Assembly: GCA_004431415.1 (NCBI GenBank) | Contig: QPMI01000453.1 | Location: 496,001-560,000 of the forward strand | Origin: Cyanophora paradoxa CCMP329 | Lineage: Eukaryota > Plantae > Glaucophyta | Reading direction: 5' to 3' | Length of the DNA: 64,000 bases | Part shown: piece by piece, positions 17,792 to 30,700 of the stretch | Position numbering within the stretch: the stretch's first letter is position 1 | Layout: every line of letters starts with the position of its first letter | The notes under the pieces: model-generated | Databases searched by the model: none | Told to the model about the DNA's origin: nothing | What the model saw: only the letters and a program-made list of their open reading frames with translations | Program-made: the position numbers and the translations under genes

Positions 17792-18727
17792 TAGTACCAG
17801 TGAATCGCATCATCGATTCGCATGCCATGATGCATATGGGAGTCACTATATATAGCTAGTACTGAGTTATCATGATGCCATGATGAATCATGCCATGATG
17901 ATGCCATGATGTGCCATGATACTATGATACTATGATCATATGATCATCTACCACTAGTACTAGTATCGCAGCGATAATTGCACTACCGTACTACTGTAAC
18001 CGTAGTAAATTACTAGTAATACGGTACTAGCCGCCCGGCCGCATTAGCCGGCAGTATCGCGAGTCTCGCGACTCGCGAGTCACACTGAGTTGCGCGCTTA
18101 ACTTGATCTTGCCGCACTCGGCGCACTGCAGCAGCAGTGCGCAACGCGCACGCGCGCGCATCATGCCACTGGGCCACTGGCAGTGGGCCATGCCGCGGTG
18201 CGATCACGATCGCTGAGTCACGCCGTGACTCAGTGACGCCCCTACTAGGCTAGGCCTGCCGCAGTGCCAGAGGCTGTGCCGCATGCGCAGTGCTTCGGTA
18301 GATCATCGGATGTACCGGTACGGTCACGGGTAGATCATCGGATTGTCGAGTCGCGACCACGCGCGCAAGAAAGCAGAGCTGCAGCTGCAGTGGGCTGTTG
18401 TCTGCTGCCAGAGTCAACTAGTGGCAGCTGTAGCGCTAGCGCGACTCGGCGAACGCGCGCGCGCGTGCCACCGTGTGACTATAAGCTAAAGCTTCTGGGA
18501 AAAGCGCGCCGGGAGCGCTAGCATGGCGACAGCGAGACGGGCTCTTGCTGTGTGAAGGCATATGCATGCGCATTAGGTCTAGGCCTTGGCGGACGGCGCA
18601 GAGACACTGCTCGCGCGATTTCGAGAGCGCCCTCCGGGATCCCCCACGGGGGGCACGAGCAGCATTTTCAGCAGTAGGCCAGGGCCGCCAGGCTGCCGGG
18701 CTGGATCCCGCTCGGACGCTGCGCAGC

Positions 18728-21700
18728 ATGCGACACAATATATATAGCATGCGAATGCGGAAGTGTCGGATCCTGCAACTGGCTGTTGGAGCGCGCAGGC
18801 AGCGCAGGCAGAGCTGTCATTACCACATCTATGCATCTGGTCGATGCCAGACATCGGGTTGCTTGCTTCTGCTCTTCTGCACCGTCCTGGCGTTAACGAT
18901 CAGCTACTGCCAATCGCAAGGTCAGGCAGAACGACCGCTCGGACGTCGACTCGTGAAAGCGGCGCAATCCCCTGGGCCCGCGAAGCTGATTATGCTAGCG
19001 CCGTCGCATGTACATGTACACGGCGTCTGTATTCACTTTACTGATCGCATTCATGGACAGGTTTCTCACGGCTGACTGTGTCGCCACCTCCATCCGATGC
19101 CTTTGCGCTTGGTGGAATCATCACGTCCGATCCACGTGGCGTCATATGCGGTTTGCAGTTGAAAATCTAAAGACACTTGTACGCACACTAAACGATACCA
19201 ATCGGCCGCGGGCCTGCAGATCAAGGCCAATCTGCAGCGGACCCCATTTTCCGAGGTTCGGATTAATTTCATGTGAACGTGGACAGCAGCCGATGTCTTG
19301 CATATGGTCATTGGAATATCTAACTCGTGATTGGTCGCAGATCTGGATCCGAGTGGAACGGCGGAGTGCGAGCTCCACTGGATGTGTGGAGACCCCGCTT
19401 TCTGCGGCAGCATTCGGCTCGCCCTAATTGGGGGCCCGAATCTGTACACGGACGACGTTCGACTCTCCCCGGGTGCGTTACGTTGATCGGCTGTCCTTCT
19501 CGAGGGCGCCGGCCGTCCCACATCAGTTCATATCGAAGTGCAGGGGCGTACGATGATCGCCCAATTCGTGCCCGGATCGTGGATTCAGACCCTGCATTTC
19601 CGGTGACCTAGCTGTATCATACGCATATCTCACGCTGCGCTGTGCTGCACTGATCCACACGCACCCCGCAATCGCAAACACAGGGAGTCGTCTATCACAT
19701 CTACCGGTAAGATTTACCCGGCTTATCGCAACGGACTGCTCTATTTCGGTCTTCGAATCGTGATCAGGTTCACCGTCAATCACACTTCAGCCCTCAACTT
19801 ATCGCTGGGATTGACGCGCGACTTCGCGGTTCTCCACATGCCTGACGCCACGGCGCTGAATCCGGCCCCAACGCTCACGCTCGCCACAATGAATGGCGTG
19901 GGCTTCAACTTCACGCTCCACTTCTACCCCGGCGGGAAGAACGCTAGCATTGACAACGTACGGCTCCAGGGCGCCTCCGTGGTCGCTGGTTCGCAGCCGG
20001 ATAGAATCAAGCAAGCTCTAGATCTTGATCGGTTTCTGTTTATTTACCGGCGCCGGCACGGCGTGCATTTCACAGATGCGGTCGATCCTGCAAGGCTCGA
20101 TTTGCATCCCTCGGTTTGCTGCTTCCAGTTCGAATTCGTTCCTTCTCGATTCGTTCTGATGAGAGCGCGCTCGATCGACTCAGGTGCGGGCCTTCAACGC
20201 CAGCAATCCCGGGCCGTACCGCATGTACACGGGAATCAGTGCGTCGCGAACTTTACGAAGCAAGCGAGCAGCGATCTCACCCGCTATAGCTAAATTTATA
20301 CGAACCTAGAGTTTGGGCGCGGGTGCGTTGACGGGCGCTTTTGATTTGCGCAGATCGAACCGCGGAAGGGAATGTCACATACTCTTCGGCGATGCTCTCC
20401 ATTGATCGGGAAAATGCTCTTTCTGAGTACCGCGTCAAGCACCGGCCGCTCAGACTCCAGTCCGATGGCCAGCCCTACGCGTTTGAATACGCGAGAGGAA
20501 CGGACTACAGCCGGACGTGCGCCTGAAAACCCTTCACAGCGAACTGCAGCTGGCCATCCAGGCGTTTAGAACCTCAATGCATGTATATATATGCCTAAGC
20601 AACTAGCTGTCTGTGCGCAGGTCGGGCCCGTGGTACAACGTGACGCAAGTCTTCCTCGAAAACTCGGACTTCGCCTCAGACGGGTACGTCCGCGATCTGA
20701 TCGCCAAGCTTAAGTGATGCAAAGCAAATCGAAGGCATTAATTTCTTTCTTCGCACAGATTTGAGTTCGTGATTGAGACGCGGAGCGGCAACCAGAAGAA
20801 CGTGAGCGTGTACACAGTGCACGTCTTTCGTGTACTTGTACCCGCCGGCGGAGTGGACATGCGGGCCTTCACGCCGGTCCTGGTCGCCGAGCATCTCGCG
20901 TACCCCTTCACAATGTCTTCGACCGCGGACTATTTTCGCGTCTGGATGCAAGTCAACTCGAGCGCCCAGAGCACTTGGACGCCCTTGAAAAGTCCCGAAG
21001 GGAATTACCTCTGGGGTCACAATAGAGGATTCAAACAGTACGATTTCGTGTACAAGGCTTCGGACGGGGCACGCGTGCTGAATTCGAATCTCCGTTGCAA
21101 GCTCCGTTCACTGAATAATTATAATCGATCACATGCGAGCGCAGTTTGGAACCAGAACGATAATCGTGGATATGCTCCTCCCCAACGTGCGCGGGGACTT
21201 TTGTTATAATTATGCCCCAAGCTTAGACCGCCGTTGCAAAACGACGAGCTAATTGTATAAAACTTCACGATGGATCCGCGCGCAGGCTCTCTATCCGAGG
21301 CGCGTTCACGGATGGCATCGCTACCCTTCCTTGCACGTGTTCGACCCTATTCAAACTCATACTTTCGCAGCGTCCAGGCGGTCGTGAAAGGCTACAACTA
21401 CACTGCGTGGACCTCCGACGAGCGGCCCATGCGCATCCTGAAAGCTGGGTTGGCGGGGCTGAACTTTTTTATGGCCCCGGGCAGCCCAACTTTCGACAGG
21501 GAAGACTTCGAAGGTTAGCTGTATATCTAAGCCTTCCAACTGAATTCACTTACCGCCACCGTTAACGTAAAGTAACTGTAACGTAACCACGATTTGTCGA
21601 ACCCAGTTACGGTCGTCGCTCCAGCTGGCTCCACCGCAGACGTCGCGGATCTATTGGCCGGCGTTCAAGTGAACACTCCTACGAATGACGCAGGAGTCGC

Positions 21701-24700
21701 CCTTACCCCGCCGGTCCGATTTGTCGGCCTCTCGACGACCTGGGCGTTTTCGGTCCCGGTCACCGTGGAGATTAAGTTCTCCAGCCGTGTCTACAAATTC
21801 TCCCCCGAAAACTCTTTTGGCGCGTTCGAGATGTACGTCTTCGATGCTTTGGGCGACTGCGTGCTCGTGGGGGACAAAATGGCCTGGAACAACACGGGCG
21901 TAAGCAATTCTTTGATTTCCCGTTACCGTCAGTTAACCGTTTATCTGAAGCTGGCTGATCTGAAATTCGCATAATATGCAGTTCGCTTATTGCGAAGTCA
22001 AGCCGAGGATTGCGACATCGGCCGATGTTCTCCCGTCCGACGCCATGTAGCCCCCGTCCTCGCCACCCTGCTCACGCCAGGGCGCTTCGTCAACGTGAAA
22101 CTCTGCGCAGAGTCAGCACCACAACCCCGGAGCTGGGCTACTTTGCAGCTCCAGTTTACATTCCCTCCTCGCGCGCCTACCGGTGGTACTTCTCCGGCAC
22201 AGCCGGAGGATATGCGCTTTTGAGAATCAGCTGGGCTCCGGGCCGTATGCACGTCTCCAAACCATCCAGCGCAATCGCCAAATCGAAAGGCGGCGTTCCG
22301 ATTTTAAAGGGCGTTCTCAGCTGCCCTGAACGTTTGGCGCGAAACGCCTACGGTCCATGCATCCTCAAAGGGGATTATGCTGACATTCTCTTGGAGGCAG
22401 CAATGCTTGCGCCAGAAAGACACTGGTCAGGCGCCAACTTTCAAGCGGTTGCCGGAGCCGCTAACACCTTTAGCTTCTTCGCAAGTGAGATCGAGGCAAG
22501 CTTAAGCACACCTGATCATGATTTTCAGCACGCAAACGCTGATCGCCTCCCCAAAACTGGACAGCTACAATCGGGAACGGCGGAGAATGTCAAGGTGTAC
22601 TGGAGCAACTACTGGGCTTCAAATTATGGTGTTGAGGGCGAATTGAATCCAGCGGCGCGGGCTTCTGTGAAGGCGAGTTCGTTCTTGATAACAATAAATA
22701 TTTGCCAATTGTCAGCCAAAGTACATGCGGCATTCTTTTAAATTTGCGATTTGGCTCCACAGATTGTAGACATCGATACTTCTGCAAGCTTCTGTGCCCT
22801 CGCTGTGGATCCCACTGGCCTTTCCTCGACAATGGTCGGACGGTTTTGCCAGATATATATGATGAAAGAGGAATATCTCGTAACTGTGGGTCCGCATTCA
22901 TGCACGCAGCGCGGCGTGTGCTCGCTCGTCTCGGCGCGTGACGTCACGGGAGCGAGGGGTCCCCTCTCTAAAGACGATTTCTCTTACAACGGAACTTTCC
23001 CCTTTCAATACCGGACGTACTCGGAGCCTTCCGTGTCGGCAGAAAACACCTCGGTTCGCCTCCGATTTTAAATTTCCTGCATACGTCGCCGAAATTGGGC
23101 GATGTGTGCTGTAAAATATGTCCACGTATTGACTGGCATCTGCGTCTCCAGTACGATATCGTCGTCGAGTCGCGCGGCGACTTTGAGCCTGGCTGGTCGA
23201 TCAGCTTCTTCTGGTCGGACGCCCTTGGGACGCAGCCAGTCCCGTTGAGACCTGCCTTCACGGCTGTTTTTCCCGAGGTGCTTATCGGGCACCTCATGAC
23301 AACACTCGTGCGGTTTGGTTCACTCGTACGGACGCGTGCGCAGTTTAAGCAAGCAAATATGAGATGCAAATTCCATGCATTTTCGATGCCAGGCGTAAGA
23401 TCGTCCTTTCTCCTGGCTTAGTTTGCCTCGGAACACTTCTGAGTTTTTCGCGCGCACGACAGACCGGCATTCCAACGTATTCGTGCTCGATCTGGCCGGA
23501 ACCATCGAGCCCAGTCGATCTTTCTAACCTGCCAGCGCTGACGGTGGAGCCGGCTGGCGCCGGCACCGTGTCGGCTACTGCGCTGAAGACCTGCTCCGCT
23601 GACTGCCCGAATGCAGCCGACGACTCGACACTCTTCTGCTCAGGCCCTTGCTCTTCAGGAGCTATAGCTACGTTCATGTCCTTTTCCTTCACTCCCACTC
23701 GTTCGGCGAATGTCTCGAGCACCGGCGGGGCCCTGTTGCGCCTCCCTTACGACTTCAATCTGATCCACTACTGGGATAATACCCTAGCGTCCGTCGCGAG
23801 GGTCCTCATCTCCTTCCTCCGTGCGCGTTCTTTTCCGAAAGGCTGCGCTGCCTAAGTTGGTTGCTACTTATAACTCTCCGCCCCACTGTTTGCATTTTAT
23901 ACTCGCAGACGTTCAAGTAAGTTGCAACACAATGAGGCGTGCCCCTTTGTTGTGTTCATTCTCGGTTCTGCTGTTGCATACAGTATGCTGAGCCATTAGC
24001 ATTGGAGCAGAATCCACGCAACCGGCAGCGCGACCTGCACATTGACGCCGGCAGCCGATTCGTGCGCATCCAGTCTCTTCATTTTTACTCGCGTGCGGAC
24101 AAATTCATCGTGATTTTACGTGCGCAGCGGCCCGATTCCGCAAAATGCCGCGGATCTCTTCACAATAACGTCGGCCGACACAACAGCACTCACCGTCGGC
24201 CCCATCACCGTCAATTCCGACGGATTGAAGGTCGGACTTCTTGAATTGCAAACATTTGCCACACAAGGCAGTTTATCGTCCCGCTTACGCTCGCTGCAGG
24301 CGGAGTTCAAGGTGACTGCGGGGAGCCTCGCTGCCTATACAACTGGCAAGCAAGTCACTGTGTCCTACGCCTCGGCGATTGGAGGGGGGAATGTCGTCGG
24401 CTCGCCGCTGTCCTTTGACATTATTGTCTCGACCATCTCGTGCACGACTGCATCACTCGTGCTGCTGGCGGATGCCCCAATGCACACGGAGTGCACGAGC
24501 AGCCCTTCTGGTGGCACCCCCGCCATCACAGTCGCCGACATGGACGCTGCCGTCGGCAAAGAGCCCTTCTCAACGTACTCGGACATCGCGCCCGGTGGGA
24601 GCGGGGTGACGTTTAGAGCTTACCCGACACGCGCCGGCTATGATCGCCCCGTGTTTGCTCCCTTCATCTCGGGAGGCGGTCCTTCTGTTGCCGTGGAAGT

Positions 24701-27700
24701 CACAGGCGAGCGCATGATCGACTCATGGCCTCTTGCGCCAACGCGTCTTTGATTGTTCCGGATTTTCGACAGGGGTTAATGACTTCAAGTGCACACCCGC
24801 TCGCGCCCCACCGGGACAAGTCGTCCAGTGCACAGCCGAAAAGGGCGATGGTGCATGCCATGATGTGACGTTAAACTTCTTTATTTCGGCGGGCATTGAT
24901 TATTGACTTGCAAGTGTCCGGATAGGACTGCCGAATTTGGATCCTGCGTTGTTCTCCGCGATCGCTTCCGCTGGCTCCGTCTCCTCGGCCCTCTCCGCCA
25001 CAGCAAGCGGGGGCCTCACCTTCTCCTTTACGACTGCTTTCGGAGGGGCGAGCGGGCCGGAAGTGGCGATTGTCTACGTGCAGAACAATGCCAAAGCTGC
25101 CAAGACATTCGTTGCTGTGGTTCGCGCCCAGACCAGATGTCTGCAATAGCAAGCGGCGGTTTCTGGAAACATGCACGTGCATCTTATTCCCTCCTGCGCA
25201 GGTCTCGGCAACCTTGTCGTGCACATGCAATCAGGCGGGGCTGAGCCCCTCGGATTGCCGCATACGAATGAAAAACGCGTTTGTCTGCACCAGTGCGCTT
25301 TCCGCCGGCTTCTTGCTCGGCTTTCTGTGACTGATGAGCCTCGCAGTCATAAAAGGAACGCACTCTGCTGATTTAATTCCGTCTGACGTCACGCTGGGCC
25401 CTTTGATTATGGAGGACGGAACGCCACACAGCGTAGGCATCCCGGTCCGTCTCAGCTCATTTATTTGCATCGAAGGCACTCGAAAGTCATTGAAGGTTTC
25501 AAAACGTTACGCAGCGCATTGCCAAAAGATCGGCAGTCACCGCTGCCGCCAATGGCGGACTCCAGTTTTCCACTGAAGCAGCAGATTTCGCCATATCCAA
25601 GGGCAAGGCAGTGAATTTTACTGTCTCGTTGCTTGGCAATCCTCTTGCGGACTCGCCGCTCCGCGTCACTGTTCTCGGCGGTAAGATCACCTTTGCTTTT
25701 CAAAGTAGCTATATAGGCGCTCGCTGTAACATAATTCTAAGTTGTTTCGAAATTCGATTCGACTTTTCAGATGTTTTGCTGGATTGCCCGCCAAGAATTG
25801 CAGCTACCGCCACAGGGGCTTTCTACTGTTATATCGAGACCGACGGCTCGAGTCTGCGACCTGAAGATGTTGTGCTGACCGGCCTAAGCACGAACTTCTC
25901 TCGCCGATCCCTTCTTCAATCAACTGGCATTACAGTTGGCTCGCTGGAAGCCGATGGGGAAACACACCTGCGCTTCAGTGTCGCATCGCAGGCCACACCG
26001 CTAGTTCCATCGGCGCTCTTTCATGTTCGTTTTGCTTCAAGCGTTCTCTCCCCTGGGGCGCCCGAGCTCCCGGTGTTGGGCTCCCCTTCAAATATATCAG
26101 TCATTGGTTCGCACGCGAGTTCTTGTTGTCCAATTTGAGCTTCGTAGCAAATCTTGTCCTGCAAATTCATCACTGCCTTGCAGCTGCTCGGGTGCAATGC
26201 GACAGAACCGTCTTGGTGGTGCGAATAATATGTTCGTATATCAAGTATGATGAGGCACCTCGCCCTCATTTTGTGCAGGCCCGGACGCGCTTGGTGTGCG
26301 ATGTAACTGGTACAACATCGGGAGCTCCGTTGGAGACAACAGATTTCCTGTGCGACTCTGCTCCCTAAAGCTTCAGGACACCTCATTTGCTAAATGTTGC
26401 CCTTCTTTAGATTCGCTAATGCTCAAGATGCGCGATACGAGGACTACTCAGTTACAAGGGTCTCAGATTATTTGGTGAAACACTTATTTTATGTCACTCC
26501 TTAATTCAAATTCGAACGTCTTTGACAGATCAAACACATTATATTCGGACCCGCGACTGGAGGCACAACCCATCAACTATTTGCATACTACGCGGTCTCA
26601 TGGACAAAATTCTCCACGGCCCGCGTCAATGTCGACAACTCACCGATGTCGCTATCGGTCGTTTCCGGCAGACTTGAGTGCAATAAATCGCGCGCTTATT
26701 TCGGTGCATAGTAGTTCCTCGCTTCAGATATATATCACCATTCCTAACATAAGCATGGCGTGTGCGCATGCAGGCGACAACGTAGAGTGCTGGGTGCAGA
26801 ATGGTGCCACTGTTCTTCGTTTTCGTCGCCTAAATATTCCCGTACGTGTGCAAACGCCGTCCGGGGTCTCGGCAGAAGCCGGCGGCCCGACGCTGCAAGC
26901 GTCGTATTTCACCACGTCGTACTACTCGTCTTTGAGGGTGACTATGTTTCTTTACCTTCGCATGCGTCCGCTCTGAAACGGCTCACATACTTTCAGCGCT
27001 TGAGTACGGACGACACCCAGAAATGCCTCGGACCAAACACACTCGGAGGCGGGACGTTCTATCTCGGGCGAAGCTGCAACGGCGGAGCATCCGGAGCATC
27101 CTCGTTCGAAGGTCGCTCTCCCAGCATCTCCGGCTGTTTTGGTCCCCGTTGGAAATCTGATCACGGGTCGGGCCCGGTTAGGCGCGACGCCTCGATTTAC
27201 CTTGACACAGAACGCGGCTCCCGGGGGCAGGACCAATATCGCTACTATAACGGTTGGAAGCCCTAAGCGAATTGCAGTTACAGTCATAGCCGTGGGGTGG
27301 AGCGCCGTGGTTGCGGGCCCGGATGTGGACACGGTGCGCTTTTCTAATGTGCATTTGTAGTCGAGCGACATCTATAATTCTATTCCCTCCGTCATGATCA
27401 GGTCTGGGCGGTGCCGCTCACATTCAACATATCAGTGCTGAAAGGTATGCGGACTGTGTCTAGATCGATATCGTTCTCTTTGCACGCACAAAGTGCTTCT
27501 TCGCAGGTCACAAGTACAATTTCGAGTGTAGGCCAGTGGTACGCCAAAGTAAGCATGGCGCCAATAAACGCTGATCCTTTTTGTATATCCTGCAGCCGCG
27601 GGAAAAATGCTGCAATCTCGATGTCGATCTGGCAAGAAGGCGCAACTGGCTTAATTCGATCTATAACCACACTTGCACCCTGCGAAAAGACACGATATTC

Positions 27701-30700
27701 GTTACAACCAGCGACAACTTAAATGCCGGTGGCCTCTCTGCGGCCGTGACGAGTCCCCCTACTCTCTCGGAAAGTGTCTCAGACTTTGTGATGAGCGACT
27801 TTGACTGGGCGGCTGGAGCGGTGCCGTGCAACCCGACAGCTGCAGCAACGTTCACGGCACCAGCTGCGGGGATGCTCGTTCTTCCGGACGCTGCCGACGC
27901 AGAGAGCTCGCGCTCCCCTCCCACGGTCCGCATGCGCAGAGGCTGTCGTGTTTAGCGAGTGCTCTCAGCTATTCTATCTATTTACAACCGTGGTTGAAAT
28001 GTCGCTTTATTTTTGCAGTTCGTTATACGGCCGCTTGCAGCCAACGCCTACAGATTCTGCATCCGGCCGAAAGCGTCCTTGTACCCGGTAATAACCACGG
28101 CTGCGGCGGCTTTCGATTCCACTATATTGTACACGATCTATGACGCAAAACCCGGAAGTACCGCTACATTACCTTGCGCAAATGCGACATTCGATTTGGT
28201 TGTGGGCTACAATAGAGGCGTACGCGCCCGTATTTTAGTTGCGAATCTTCGGCAGAACTAATTCCTCAACGCAGGGCTGCTACATGTACAGGCAAGCTAC
28301 AACATACAGTCTGATGGAGAGAGACTTCGACTGGATTGGGGGGGAAACAGACGCGGCCAAACTTTCGGCAGCGAATTCGAACGGAGAAACTCTTGAAAAT
28401 AATAAGCAAATTCAAATGGTACGTGTGCAAAACTGGTCATACATATGCACGTCGAGAGCGAAACGCCCCCGCGCTTTAATACATACATTCAGACCGGAAA
28501 CAAGGGATCGTACAAGTACGAGAAACTCACGGTCTCTCAGTGCATTATGTAAGCGCCCATTTCTAATCACTGAACAATGTCCCGCATCAAAGGTCGGGTT
28601 TCCTGGCCCGGATGGCACGTCTCTCGGAAAAGTCCTTTGGTGCTCTCGCGATAGATCATAGAGAAAATACTTTTCTAACCCCTATCGCAGGGAGGGATGG
28701 GCGGTCAACAGTGTTCTGGAATACAGAACTTATTGCTTCATGAGGGGCTCGCCTGTGATGTATAATTCGAAAAACTTCAGAGTAGGTGGTGCGCAGAAGA
28801 GCGCTGCGGAATGCTTTCCTGAAAATGCTTGACGGGAGATACCGTCACGGCGTGCAGCTGGCGCAAAATTGTCATGCTATCTGGCACAGCAAAACGAATC
28901 GCCCGTCCTTCCTCGTGGCCAGATCGTCGGCCCCATCAAAGCGACACCGGCGGCGTTCGAGGGGAATATTACGGAGCTGCAGCCAGACTCTCCAGACATA
29001 ATGCGATACCCCCCAGACGCACCGTGCCGCGACATGCCAGGGCAGACGTACCCCATCATCAGTGCCATCTCCTGCACAGAGACCGCTTATCTGTCAAACA
29101 CTCCCTGGTTCAAAATGGTGAACTGCACCTATTCGGCCATCACGGAGACAGCAGCCTACACATGCAGAAACAGCACGCAGTACTACAGAAACTCGACAGT
29201 CTTGAATATCCCGTTCTTCTGCGAGAACAACACGGTAACCACTTGCTGCTCAACGTATCAGACGCCGTCCGGTTGCTACACACGATTCAGCTTTGAGTGT
29301 GTTTCGATATTATATTCGGCCTTGCTCAGGGCTTCAAATTGTGTGTAACATTTGAACGCTCGTATCAGGTATCAGGCATTGGATAATCCGACCAAGGCAG
29401 AAAACGTGATTCGCTTCGTTTACAACACTACAAACGCAAAATTCAGTGATACCTTCAAGGTAAGCTCTAGCATCGATATCGACTCCCCCCCTAGGAAGCT
29501 TTACATACGCAACTAGCCGCTTACCGCTTGCATCGCTCCTCCTCATCATGAATTTCCATTACGCCTTTAATTGATTGCGCCGGCCGGCGTTGAAATTGTG
29601 CATATCCATCGCAGACCGATGGTGCAAACGACGTAAGCCCGGAACTCTCGACTTTTTGTAATCCAGTCCATGAATGCGGTTTATGATCAGGTTACTTTCA
29701 GCATAGTCGCGGCCCAATCCTGGGGCTGCTATCCGACGGTTATAGCTGCGTGCGTCCCTTGGGAACCTAATCAGCTTTTTTCACGGATCTCGCCTGTTCA
29801 ACTTCGTCTAATTGAGTTTGCACAGGCGTTCAAATTTCTATGCAGCGTGCTGGGTGCGTGCTGACAAAAGCGGTCCCAAGCCGGCAAAACAAGCTTAAGT
29901 GGCGGCGCAAGCTTCAATTAATATCCTCAGCGCAGGTTCGGAAAAGTGCAATCAGCTCTCTACTGAAAACTAACGACGTAATCCTGGTTTCGTGCGCCTA
30001 GCTCCAGTTGAAGTTACCATTTCGTCATATGGTTCTGCGCGCTCACTCGGCTTGCAGAAACAATACCGACATTATAAGCCTTCCGGGCCCTACAGCCTCC
30101 GAATCGACGCATACACAATTCAATTACTTAAGATGGAACCACGCTGGACAGAACGCGGTTGTCTGGTCCATTCGCGCGAATCCGAATTCATGGCAGACGG
30201 GCAGCGTACGAATCGATTTCAAATACGCCAGCGATCTTTCCACGTTCGCGTCGATCAATATGAAGGTTGTCAGCGGGGCGCTCAGCACGCCCAGGGCAGG
30301 CGTCCGCATTCCCGTCGGCGAGACCGTCACTTTCTACATGGTTCCTTATGGAAATTCAGACCCGGACAGCCTGGATCTCTCCTCGTACACTAACCCCCTG
30401 ATGGGCGTAAAGAATGCTGCTGGTCTGGTCGAGCGCGCGGAAGAATACGCAACGCTGTCGGCTCTGGGGAGCCTCGAAACGCGAACACCCCCTTCCGATT
30501 ACACTCTATACCCTGGCGTCCCGGTCAAGTGCACGAGTTTTGAGATGAAGGGTACAGTCGTCATGGGTGCGGAGATTTATTATCACACATGCGGAGATTT
30601 AATATCACACCGGACTCGCAATCGCGATCTTACCACGCAGAGCAGGAGCGGAAGTTGTGCAGCACGTTCAGCTCATGTACTCGTACAAAGTCTGCATCCA

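Noticed and set aside
20010-20016. Apparent GC donor AA|GCAAGC
   Set aside because: The frame is better satisfied by the GT donor at ~19988, so it was not counted.
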